Source: an uncultured Collinsella sp. (lineage in GTDB: Bacteria; Actinomycetota; Coriobacteriia; Coriobacteriales; Coriobacteriaceae). Taken from it: 64,000 nt of DNA. Of this stretch, positions 18,148 to 26,208 are shown one piece after another. The notes beneath the pieces were generated by a model. The model ran no database searches, was not told where the DNA came from, and saw only the letters and a list, made by a program, of their open reading frames with translations. A program made the translations under genes and the position numbers. Location: assembly GCA_902469055.1 (NCBI GenBank), contig CABRBC010000009.1, positions 16,655 to 80,654 of the forward strand, read 5' to 3'. Each line of letters opens with the position of its first letter. Position 1 is the stretch's first letter.

Positions 18148-18959
18148 AGCGTTGCAGCTTTCTCGCTCAAAACCGATACCTGGGATTGCAGCTCATCGTC
18201 GGTACGTCCGCCGGGGGCAAATCTCGTGCCGTACAGGAAAAACTCAACGTTTCCCTTGGCACCATGAATGGGCGACATGCACACATCGACCGGGAACAGC
18301 CCCTTGGCAGCAAAGAGTTCAACTGCCGCAACGAGTGTATCGCGGCGCACGGCGGGATCGGTCACAATGCCGCCCTCACCCACCAGCGCCGCCGGAGCCT
18401 CAAACTGCGGCTTTACGAGCGTGCAGAATGCACCCGTAGGCGCCAGGCACACCAGCACCGCATCGATAATGTTCGCGATGCTGGTAAACGAGACATCACA
18501 CACAGCCAGGTCGATGGCGCCGGAATAGCCAAGCTCAGGCAGCTGCGTCACGTTTGTGCGCTCATGCAGCGTCACGCGATCGTCCTGGCGCAACGACCAA
18601 TCGAACTGGGCGCGACCCACGTCCACCGAGACAACGGTCGCAGCTCCGCGCTTGAGCAGACAATCGGTAAAGCCGCCGGTAGAGCAGCCCACATCCAGAC
18701 AGGCAAGGCCCGTCGGATTGATGCCAAAAGCATCAAGCGCACCTTCGAGCTTAAGACCGCCGCGGCCAACATAGGGAATGCACCCCTTCACGTGCAGCGG
18801 CAGGCCTGGGATCACCTTAAGGCCCGGCGAAGTCAAGCGCTCGCCGCCACTCGAGACCAAGCCGGCCATAAGAGTGCGAAGGGCATCCGCGCGATCGGCG
18901 CAGATGCCCTGTGAAATCAGTTCGTCATCAAGACGCACGCGTTTCATGAATGCCATCAA
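18144..18959 (-). CDS. tlyA: TlyA-family rRNA (cytidine-2'-O)-methyltransferase
   Basis: N-terminal S4-like region and FtsJ-like methyltransferase core (VGRGGLKLEGAL..., LDVGCSTGGFTD). 4 nt ATGA overlap with nadK. Confidence 0.85.
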   Translation of the reverse strand: MMAFMKRVRLDDELISQGICADRADALRTLMAGLVSSGGERLTSPGLKVIPGLPLHVKGCIPYVGRGGLKLEGALDAFGINPTGLACLDVGCSTGGFTDCLLKRGAATVVSVDVGRAQFDWSLRQDDRVTLHERTNVTQLPELGYSGAIDLAVCDVSFTSIANIIDAVLVCLAPTGAFCTLVKPQFEAPAALVGEGGIVTDPAVRRDTLVAAVELFAAKGLFPVDVCMSPIHGAKGNVEFFLYGTRFAPGGRTDDELQSQVSVLSEKAATL

Positions 18960-18982
18960 CCATTCGTATCCGGAGATGCGGC

Positions 18983-19222
18983 CTAGCTATCCTGAGATTC
19001 GTTTGCCGCATCCTCATCGTATTCCTGCTCGAGCTTGTCGGCCTCTCGCGGCGTCAGCTCAAACTTGTCGACCATATCGACCGCGCGGGAGCCCAGCTCA
19101 ATCGCTTCGTCAAACAGATCGAGTGAACGCTCCAAGGACGTATCCTTGGAGCGAACGGTAGCGATGATCTGGTCCAGACGGTCCGAGATCTCGTCGAAGT
19201 TGCGGACGGAACCCTCTGGCAT
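18983..19222 (-). CDS. xseB: Exodeoxyribonuclease VII small subunit
   Basis: 79 aa helical protein matching the XseB pattern (FDEISDRLDQII...SLERSLDLFDEAIELGSRAV). Confidence 0.8.
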   Translation of the reverse strand: MPEGSVRNFDEISDRLDQIIATVRSKDTSLERSLDLFDEAIELGSRAVDMVDKFELTPREADKLEQEYDEDAANESQDS

Positions 19223-19224
19223 GG

Positions 19225-19812
19225 CTACTCCTCGACGGAGTCGGCCTCGACGGCCTCAGCAGCGTCCGCATCCTCGGCCAACACACCAGCCTCAGCCTGG
19301 GCAACCGCAACCTTAGCGGCAGCCTCGGCAGCCTGTGCCTCCTCGCGAGCGCGATCCTCGGCCAGCAGCTCCTGGTATAGGTCCTCGCCCGGCAGCTCCT
19401 CGCTGCGAGCGATCTTGCCCAGCACGCCGTTGACGAACGACGCGGACTGGTCGGTGCCATAGGCCTTGGCAAGCTCGACGGCCTCGTTGATCACGATGGC
19501 GTCCGAGACCTCCTCGTCGGTGAGGAAACGCATCTCGTAAACGGCGATACGCAGCAGATTGCGGTCGGCACCGGGCATGCGCATAAGATCCCAGTTCTTG
19601 GCAACGGAGCGCAGAGCGCAGTCGATGCGGTCGATATGCTCGTAGGCACCGCGGCACAGCTCCAGCGCATAGGGGTCGAGGGGACCCTTCGAGATCAGGA
19701 AATCACCCTCGAGGACGCGCTCGAGCGGGCTGTCCGTGGCCTCGGCCTGGAACAGCAGCTGCAGCGCCTGACTGCGGGCAAGCGTACGCCCGCGATAAAC
19801 CTTAAGGCTCAA
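19225..19812 (-). CDS. nusB: Transcription antitermination factor NusB with an Ala/Glu-rich acidic C-terminal extension
   Basis: NusB core (ARSQALQLLFQAE..., NRIAVYEM...) of about 140 aa plus an acidic tail of about 55 aa (EEAQAAEAAAKVAVAQAEAG...). Confidence 0.85.
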   Translation of the reverse strand: MSLKVYRGRTLARSQALQLLFQAEATDSPLERVLEGDFLISKGPLDPYALELCRGAYEHIDRIDCALRSVAKNWDLMRMPGADRNLLRIAVYEMRFLTDEEVSDAIVINEAVELAKAYGTDQSASFVNGVLGKIARSEELPGEDLYQELLAEDRAREEAQAAEAAAKVAVAQAEAGVLAEDADAAEAVEADSVEE

Positions 19813-19815
19813 AGG

Positions 19816-20178
19816 TTACTCCTTGGGGAAAACGAGGCCGTCGATGCAAACGTCAACACGCTCAACCTCAACGCCAACCTGGGCATCGATGGCAGCGACC
19901 ACGGCAGCGCGAACGGCCTCGGCGAGTTTCTTGAACGGATAGCCAAAGAACACCACGACACGCACGGTGAGTGCGAGCTTGTCGCCAACGACCTCGGCCT
20001 CGACAGCCGGCTCGGAAGCCGGGACCTTGGACGAGAGCATCATGGAGACAAGATTAGTGGCAAGGTCCTTGACGCCAACGGAGGCGATGCCCTCGACATC
20101 GGACACGGCGCGCGAGACGATGGCGGTCAGAACATCGGGCGAAATGCCGATGCCGTCAATCTTGATTTCCTGGGGCAT
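19816..20178 (-). CDS. Asp23/Gls24-family envelope stress (alkaline shock) protein
   Basis: 120 aa. ...IASVGVKDL... and VRVVVFFGYPFKKLAEAVRAAV are typical Asp23. Confidence 0.8.
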   Translation of the reverse strand: MPQEIKIDGIGISPDVLTAIVSRAVSDVEGIASVGVKDLATNLVSMMLSSKVPASEPAVEAEVVGDKLALTVRVVVFFGYPFKKLAEAVRAAVVAAIDAQVGVEVERVDVCIDGLVFPKE

Positions 20179-20202
20179 GAGTCCTCCTAGAAGAGTTGGT
20201 TG

Positions 20203-20766
20203 CTAAACGCGGGAGACGAACTTGCCGTCGCGGGTGTCAACCTTGATGACCTCGCCCTCGTTGAGGTACATGGGGACCTGGATGACAGCGCCGGTGTCGA
20301 TCGTGGCCGGCTTGGTGGAACCCTGGACGGTATCGCCCTTAAAGCCCGGGTCGGTCTGGACGATGGTGGTCTCGATGAACATCGGCGGGGTCACGCCCAT
20401 GAGCTCATCGTCGGCGAAGAGCAGCTGGCAGATGTCATTCTCGCGCAGCCATTTGGAGTTCTCGCCCACCATGTCCTCGGGAACGGGAACCTGCTCATAG
20501 GACTCATTGTCCATGAAGATGTAGTCGGTACCATCGTTGTAGAGGTACTGGAACTCACGGGTGGTGAGCATGACGCTCTCGAACTTGGTGCCGGCGTTGC
20601 AGGTGTTCTCGACGACGCGGCCGCTCTTGATGTCGCGGGTCTTGTAGCGCACAAACGCGCCGCCCTTGCCCGGCTTGACATGCTGGAACTCGACGATGGT
20701 GTAGACCTTGTCCTTAATGCGGAGACCGAGGCCGTTCTTGAAGTCGGCGGTAGAAATGGTAGGCAT
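20203..20766 (-). CDS. efp: Elongation factor P
   Basis: MPTISTADFKNGL... KPGKGGAFVRYKTRDIKSG with the conserved Lys loop. The ORF track adds 11 upstream codons. Confidence 0.9.
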   Translation of the reverse strand: MPTISTADFKNGLGLRIKDKVYTIVEFQHVKPGKGGAFVRYKTRDIKSGRVVENTCNAGTKFESVMLTTREFQYLYNDGTDYIFMDNESYEQVPVPEDMVGENSKWLRENDICQLLFADDELMGVTPPMFIETTIVQTDPGFKGDTVQGSTKPATIDTGAVIQVPMYLNEGEVIKVDTRDGKFVSRV

Positions 20767-20851
20767 AGCGACCTTTCTTGTTATGGGCAGAACGCACAAG
20801 CGTCCAAATTACATACGACCGAAATTATACACTTGCAGACGGCGCCTGCAG

Positions 20852-20895
20852 CGAGCGCATAAAAAGAGAACGCGGGGCGCCCGAATCATTTCGGA
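20852..20895 (-). terminator. Rho-independent terminator downstream of the M24 aminopeptidase gene
   Basis: Minus-strand reading: ggcggggcgtccgaaatgattcgggcgccccgc hairpin then TTCTCTTTTTAT. Confidence 0.5.
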
Positions 20896-20925
20896 CGCCC
20901 CGCCCCAAAAATCTATCGAAATGGG

Positions 20926-22056
20926 CTAGCAATCGATGACGTGCAGGTCGTGCGGGGTCTTGGTGAAGGGCTCATATCCGTTCTCGGTGACGACGCCGTA
21001 GTCCTCCAGGCGCACGCCGCCCACACCGGGCAGGTACACGCCGGGCTCCATGGTGACAACCGAGCCGATCTCGATGGTGTTCTTGCTGCGGTTGAAGTTG
21101 GGCAGCTCGTGGATGTCGATACCGACGCCGTGGCCCAGGCCATGATTGTAGTAATCGCCATAGCCGGCATCGCCGATGATCTTCTTGGAAAGCTTGAAGA
21201 TGTCGTTACCCTCAACGCCCGGATGGATGGCGGCGACGCACTCCTCGTGCGTGCGGCGCACGAGCGCGTACAGGTCGAGCTGCTCCTGCGTGGGCTCGCC
21301 CATCACGACGGTGCGCGTCATGTCGGAGCGGTAATCGCAGTAGCCCGCGCCGTAATCCATGAGAACGAAATCGCCCTTCTCGATCACGCGATCGCTCGGC
21401 ACGGCATGCGGGTTGGCGGTGTTGGGACCGCTCGCCACGATGGAGCCGAAGGCAAGGCTGTCGGCGCCGTTGGCGAACATAAAGTTCTCGAGCTCGTTGC
21501 GAACCTGCTTCTCGGTCATACCGGGCTTAATAAAGCCGAGCATATGCTGGAAAGCGGCATCGGTGATCGACTGCGCATGGCGCATAAGCTCGATCTCCTC
21601 GGCATCCTTGATGGCGCGCGTCTTGCGAATGTCGTCGTGCATCAGCGGCAGCATGCAGGCAACGGAGCGATCCTCCAGGCCGCGCTGAATACCCTGGTAG
21701 AAGTTAATCTGCATATCGTCCTCGACAGCGCAGACGCGGCACTTGTTGGCCGCGATTTTGCCGGCGACCCAACCGGGGATGGTGCCCTCGTCCATGTCGT
21801 AGACCCAGGGGCTGCCGGCGGGCGTGTTCTCCTCAAAGCTGTTGAGGTAGCGCGAGTCGGTATGGAACAGGCACTGGTCGGCCGTAATAAACGCCGCGTG
21901 CGGGAACTCGAAGGTGTAGTCGAAGACGCCCTTCACGCCCGTAAGCCAACGAAGGTTGGCCTCGTCGCGCACCACGATGGCGTCGTAGCCACGCTCGGCC
22001 ATCAGGGCACGGACACGCTCGATACGACCGGCAGGACCGGCAGCAAACTCAGACAT
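20926..22056 (-). CDS. Xaa-Pro aminopeptidase / M24-family metallopeptidase
   Basis: Creatinase-like N-terminal domain plus the M24 pita-bread domain with [13 protein letters not shown] and metal-ligand residues. Confidence 0.85.
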   Translation of the reverse strand: MSEFAAGPAGRIERVRALMAERGYDAIVVRDEANLRWLTGVKGVFDYTFEFPHAAFITADQCLFHTDSRYLNSFEENTPAGSPWVYDMDEGTIPGWVAGKIAANKCRVCAVEDDMQINFYQGIQRGLEDRSVACMLPLMHDDIRKTRAIKDAEEIELMRHAQSITDAAFQHMLGFIKPGMTEKQVRNELENFMFANGADSLAFGSIVASGPNTANPHAVPSDRVIEKGDFVLMDYGAGYCDYRSDMTRTVVMGEPTQEQLDLYALVRRTHEECVAAIHPGVEGNDIFKLSKKIIGDAGYGDYYNHGLGHGVGIDIHELPNFNRSKNTIEIGSVVTMEPGVYLPGVGGVRLEDYGVVTENGYEPFTKTPHDLHVIDC

Positions 22057-22188
22057 GCAGTTTCCTTTCTTGTTGTCTCTATATAGACGGGACGGGTCTC
22101 AACCGAACGACGGAATCGCATGCGATCCGCAACCGATTGAAAACCCGCCCCTCAACATGATACGAAAGACAATGGATGTCAATAAATC

Positions 22189-23296
22189 TTAGAGAAGTTC
22201 TTTGCGTGAAGCCAAGTAGGCGTGAGTATGGCGCTCAAGAACCTCGTCCTCAACGCTCGTTAGACGAATGGCGCCGAGTGCCGCGGGCAGCGGCAACATG
22301 CTGCGGTTCGAGCGAGCGAACTGCTGCTTGCGGAACTCCTCGATATATACGGCAGGCTCCAGATCGAAGGCAAGTTCCTCGATACCAAAGTCCTCCAGGC
22401 AGTCATCGACCTCAAAGACGTAATCGATATCGAAGTCGCAGGCATCATGTGCTAGGCGCGCCTCAAAGCGCATGCCCTCGGATAACAGCTGATAGGCAGG
22501 AACCTGCGAAGCAGCATCGCCCAAGCAAGCGCGCAGAGTACGCTCCCCCGTCTTGCCAAAATCGAGCGCATGGCGGGCGCTCGGGTTCGTGGCCATCAGT
22601 ACGTCCTTACGGGCAGTCTGAGACCATTGAACTGCATTGACGAGCGCGACCTCCTCGCCCGCGAGAATCTCAGGAACGGTCTCAGTAAACTGATTCCAGC
22701 GGGACTTGCTGCTCGAAAGCATGGTACCAACAAGTACCACATAGCCGAGCTTGAGGTACTCGGGGTCCGCCTCGCGAACAAGGTCGAGGTCACACACGAC
22801 CAAGCCCGGCTCAGGACGGAACGCGATAGCGGGAAGCGCATTCGACGACGAGGCGACGAGCGGCTTCATGGTCGTCGCGACCGTGAGCATGGCGTCGAAG
22901 GTCGTCGGCAGCAACGCGCACTCGGTGCGGCCGCACCACTGATTGGCACACCAGCTAACAACCGAGCAGGTTGCGGCATCGCCAACGGCGACAACCAGAT
23001 CGTCACAGGTAATGCCATTGGCAGTCAGGGCGCCAAAGATAGCATCGGCATCAGCAAGCGTGGCACCAGCAGGCGAAACCTCGAGGGGAAGCTGTGACAT
23101 GACAAAACCGGCGTCGACCAGCGCATGTTCGACGACCTCACCAAAACGCTCGGATGTGGCGTCGTTCCAAACGACCATCGCGCGCTTAGGCTTGCCCACA
23201 GCCGAGGCAAACATGCGCGACAACTCATCGAACGCGCCCAATCCGACACGGACATCGACGCTGCGGTTTTGGAAATTGATCAGTTGACGGCGAATC
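22189..23296 (-). CDS. aroB: 3-dehydroquinate-synthase-like protein (divergent AroB)
   Basis: About 370 aa with a DHQS-like fold signature, placed immediately downstream of aroK with a 4 nt ATGA overlap, which is the classic aroK-aroB pair. The Gly-rich NAD loop is not conserved. Start taken at MIRRQL. Confidence 0.55.
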
Positions 23297-23828
23297 ATAG
23301 CAGCCCACGCTCCAAAAGCATCTCGGCACAAAGGTAGGAAACGTCCTCGAAGGACTTGTTGCGAATATCAAGGGTAAGGTCGGCGGCCTGGCGATACAGC
23401 GGACGGCGATGCTCAAACAGGCGCGCAGCATGCTCGGGCGAACGGAAATCGGGGCGCGTGTCGGACCGACGAATCTGTCGAATCGAATCCTTGAAGTCGC
23501 CCTCGAGGTACACGCACGTACCCATTTCGTGCATCAGTTCAATATTCACCGGCGTTTCGACGATACCGCCCCCGCACGAAACCAACAGGCTGCGCTCGCT
23601 TTGGAGCGAACGGAGCGCCGAGGTCTCAAGCTCGCGAAAACGATCCTCGCCCTCGGTCTCAAAAATCTCGGTAACCGACTTGCCGCAACGGCGCACGACC
23701 AGACGGTCGGTATCGATAAAACGCCGCTTGAACATGGTGCCCACGTTGCGCGCAAGCGTCGACTTGCCCGCGCCCAAAAAGCCGATAAAGAAGATATGGT
23801 CGCAGCCGTGTTTGATGTGCTGGGACAT
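23295..23828 (-). CDS. aroK: Shikimate kinase
   Basis: P-loop GFLGAGKST and DTD motif (FIDTDRLV). 177 aa. Confidence 0.85.
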   Translation of the reverse strand: MSQHIKHGCDHIFFIGFLGAGKSTLARNVGTMFKRRFIDTDRLVVRRCGKSVTEIFETEGEDRFRELETSALRSLQSERSLLVSCGGGIVETPVNIELMHEMGTCVYLEGDFKDSIRQIRRSDTRPDFRSPEHAARLFEHRRPLYRQAADLTLDIRNKSFEDVSYLCAEMLLERGLL

Positions 23829-23836
23829 GACGAGAC

Positions 23837-24346
23837 CTATTCCTCGCAGGGAAGGTCGCGCAGGGCCCGGCGCTCAAAGATACGGAAGATCTGCGTATAC
23901 CACAGGTCCTGCGTCGCCTGCGGCTTTACCAGGATGGTATCGACGCCGGCGAAGTTGCCGCTCCACACGTCCGTGTAGAGCTGATCACCGATCAGCACCG
24001 CCTCGCCGGCTGTGGCGCCGAGGCGCTTAATGCCCGCCTTGAGGGCAAACGGCGCCGGCTTCATGGCGTGGCTGATGGCCTCGAGTCCCAGCTCGCGTGC
24101 AGAGCTCATGACCTGGTCGCGATGCCAGTTGTTGGACACCATGCACAGCTTAAAACCCTTGGCGCGGGCGGCGTCGAGCCAAGCGGAAACCGCGGTGGGA
24201 ACCTGCTCGGTGTCGCGCGGCACGAGGGTGTTATCGCGATCGAGCAGAATGGCGCGTTTACCGTCGGCCCACAGGGTATCAAGGTCGATGCGATCGACCG
24301 AGGCAACGTATCGTTTGGGGCTAAAAATCCTCATGATCAATTCCAA
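23837..24346 (-). CDS. YqeG-family HAD-IIIA phosphatase
   Basis: DxD motif LLDRDNTL, ...MVSNN..., GDQLYTDV. The start may be MRIF at 24334. Confidence 0.7.
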   Translation of the reverse strand: MELIMRIFSPKRYVASVDRIDLDTLWADGKRAILLDRDNTLVPRDTEQVPTAVSAWLDAARAKGFKLCMVSNNWHRDQVMSSARELGLEAISHAMKPAPFALKAGIKRLGATAGEAVLIGDQLYTDVWSGNFAGVDTILVKPQATQDLWYTQIFRIFERRALRDLPCEE

Positions 24347-25770
24347 GACTGTTGATGCTCTTCGTAGGTTTGCGAGAAGTACTCCTCGTCCTGCGTAATG
24401 TAGAAATACAGGTCCTCGGAGTCGGTCGGCTCAAGCGTGGCCTTGAGTGCCTCGAGCGACGGAGAGCAGATGGGCGTGGGCGGCAGACCCTCGTGTTTAT
24501 AGGTGTTATACAGACTATCGCTCTGCAGGTCGTCGGCGGTAACCTCGCCACCGGTGACATACATCATGGTCGCATCGCTGTTGAGATAGCGCAGACCGTC
24601 GAGCTTGCCGGCAAGGCGGTTGTAGAAGACCGAGGCCACGTGCGCACGTTGATCGGCGTTGAGGCCCTCGCGCTCAACGATAGAGGCCAAGTTGACGATG
24701 TCGTAGTCGGACATCTCCACGCCGTAGCGTTCCTTGATCTTGGCTTCGCAGCTCGCAAAGTCAAGCGACTTGTACTCGGTCTTAAACTGATCGAGCATGG
24801 CGCGAATCACGTCATCGGCCGTCGGCGAATCGCCCAGCGAATAGGTCTTGGGGAACAAGAAACCCTCGAGCGAATCGTTGGCGGCGCCCTTAAGGAAGCT
24901 ATAGTCGTCAACGTAGTTGGAGGCCTTGGCCTGGTTGAGGAAGTCTTCCTTAGAGATGCTGTCGTAGGCCTGGGCCACACGGTCGGCGACTTGATCGACC
25001 GTTAGGCCCTCAGGGATAGTCAGCGCATTGGAGCCCGCGTTGGGGCCTTCCATGAGCTGCTGAACAACCTTGGTCGCATCCATGAGTGTGGTGAACGAAT
25101 AATCACCAGGCTTGAGAGACATATCGGCGTTGAGCTTTTTCACCGCCGCATAATAATCCTTGGGATTTTCGACGATATGATTCTCGGAGAGAATCGAAGC
25201 GATGCTGTCACCCGAGGCACCATCGGGAATCGTGATAGTAACCTGCTGGCCTGCAACGACTTTCGCACCCTCACCGCCAAAGAAGCCCTTGACGGCTGGC
25301 ACGACAAAGAAAACGATCGCGACAAGCGCAAGCACGGCGACGACGCCACCGATAATCATAGGCACCGGGGAGCTTTTCTTTTGAGCACCGCGACGAGCAT
25401 GCGTGTTGTAGCTCGAGCGGGTCGCCGGAGCAACGCCGTGGGAACCGAGAGCGTGATGCGAATGCGACTGGGGGGCCTGCACTCGCTGGGTAGATGCCTG
25501 CTGCTTAAAGCGGGTGCCGCCTGCAGGCTGGGCCGTACGAGCAGTGGGCTGCTGAACCGCGTGAGAAGCCGAATGCTGAACCGAACGAGCAGAAGGCTGC
25601 TGACCCGTCCGTTGAACAGGTTGGGCCGAACGAGAGAAGGACTGCGCCGGGCGCGCGGCAGGCTGAGCTGCGCGCTGCGTCGGCTGTGCCGGACGCTGGC
25701 CAGGCTGGGCAGGGCGCGACGCCGGCTGCTGTGTACGATTCGGCTGGCGCGGATCGGAAGCACTAGGCAT
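24337..25770 (-). CDS. mltG: Endolytic murein transglycosylase MltG (YceG-like) with a long Gln/Pro/Ala-rich low-complexity N-terminal tail
   Basis: C-terminal YceG domain (...YNRLAGKLDGLRYLNSDATMMY...GLPPTPICSPS...). A single TM follows about 150 aa of RPAQP-like repeats. RBS GAGGAGG lies before MPSASDP, and the start overlaps the ruvX 3' end. Confidence 0.85.
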   Translation of the reverse strand: MPSASDPRQPNRTQQPASRPAQPGQRPAQPTQRAAQPAARPAQSFSRSAQPVQRTGQQPSARSVQHSASHAVQQPTARTAQPAGGTRFKQQASTQRVQAPQSHSHHALGSHGVAPATRSSYNTHARRGAQKKSSPVPMIIGGVVAVLALVAIVFFVVPAVKGFFGGEGAKVVAGQQVTITIPDGASGDSIASILSENHIVENPKDYYAAVKKLNADMSLKPGDYSFTTLMDATKVVQQLMEGPNAGSNALTIPEGLTVDQVADRVAQAYDSISKEDFLNQAKASNYVDDYSFLKGAANDSLEGFLFPKTYSLGDSPTADDVIRAMLDQFKTEYKSLDFASCEAKIKERYGVEMSDYDIVNLASIVEREGLNADQRAHVASVFYNRLAGKLDGLRYLNSDATMMYVTGGEVTADDLQSDSLYNTYKHEGLPPTPICSPSLEALKATLEPTDSEDLYFYITQDEEYFSQTYEEHQQSWN

Positions 25771-26191
25771 GCGAAACCTCCTCGTTTTTACGATCGAGCC
25801 ACGTCTGCAAAAACAGGCTGGCGGCAATCATGTCGATCTTGCCCCTCATCTGCTTTTCGTTGAGTCCCTGCTCGCGCAGGATACGCTTGGCCTCTTGCGA
25901 GGACAGACGCTCGTCCTCAAACTCCAACGGAAGATCGAGCTCGTCGGCAATCTTTTGCGCCACAGCGGCAACGCGCTCGGCCTGAGGGCCGGGCTCACCG
26001 GCCATGGTCAGGGGACGTCCGCTTACCAGGATGTCGGGCTCATAGTCCTCAACCAGGTAGCGGAACGTCTTGGCCATACCGGTGACCTCGGCAGCCGGAA
26101 GCACCTTGACAGGCATCGCCATCTTGCCATCACGGCTCGAGACGGCGATGCCAATCCTGGTCTCCCCTATGTCCAGCGCGAGCGCAACCAC
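25763..26191 (-). CDS. ruvX: Holliday junction resolvase-like RuvX (YqgF)
   Basis: ALDIGETRIGIAVS..., RNase H-like fold, 142 aa. Confidence 0.85.
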   Translation of the reverse strand: MVALALDIGETRIGIAVSSRDGKMAMPVKVLPAAEVTGMAKTFRYLVEDYEPDILVSGRPLTMAGEPGPQAERVAAVAQKIADELDLPLEFEDERLSSQEAKRILREQGLNEKQMRGKIDMIAASLFLQTWLDRKNEEVSHA

Positions 26192-26208
26192 AGTGACTTC
26201 TTAGATTC

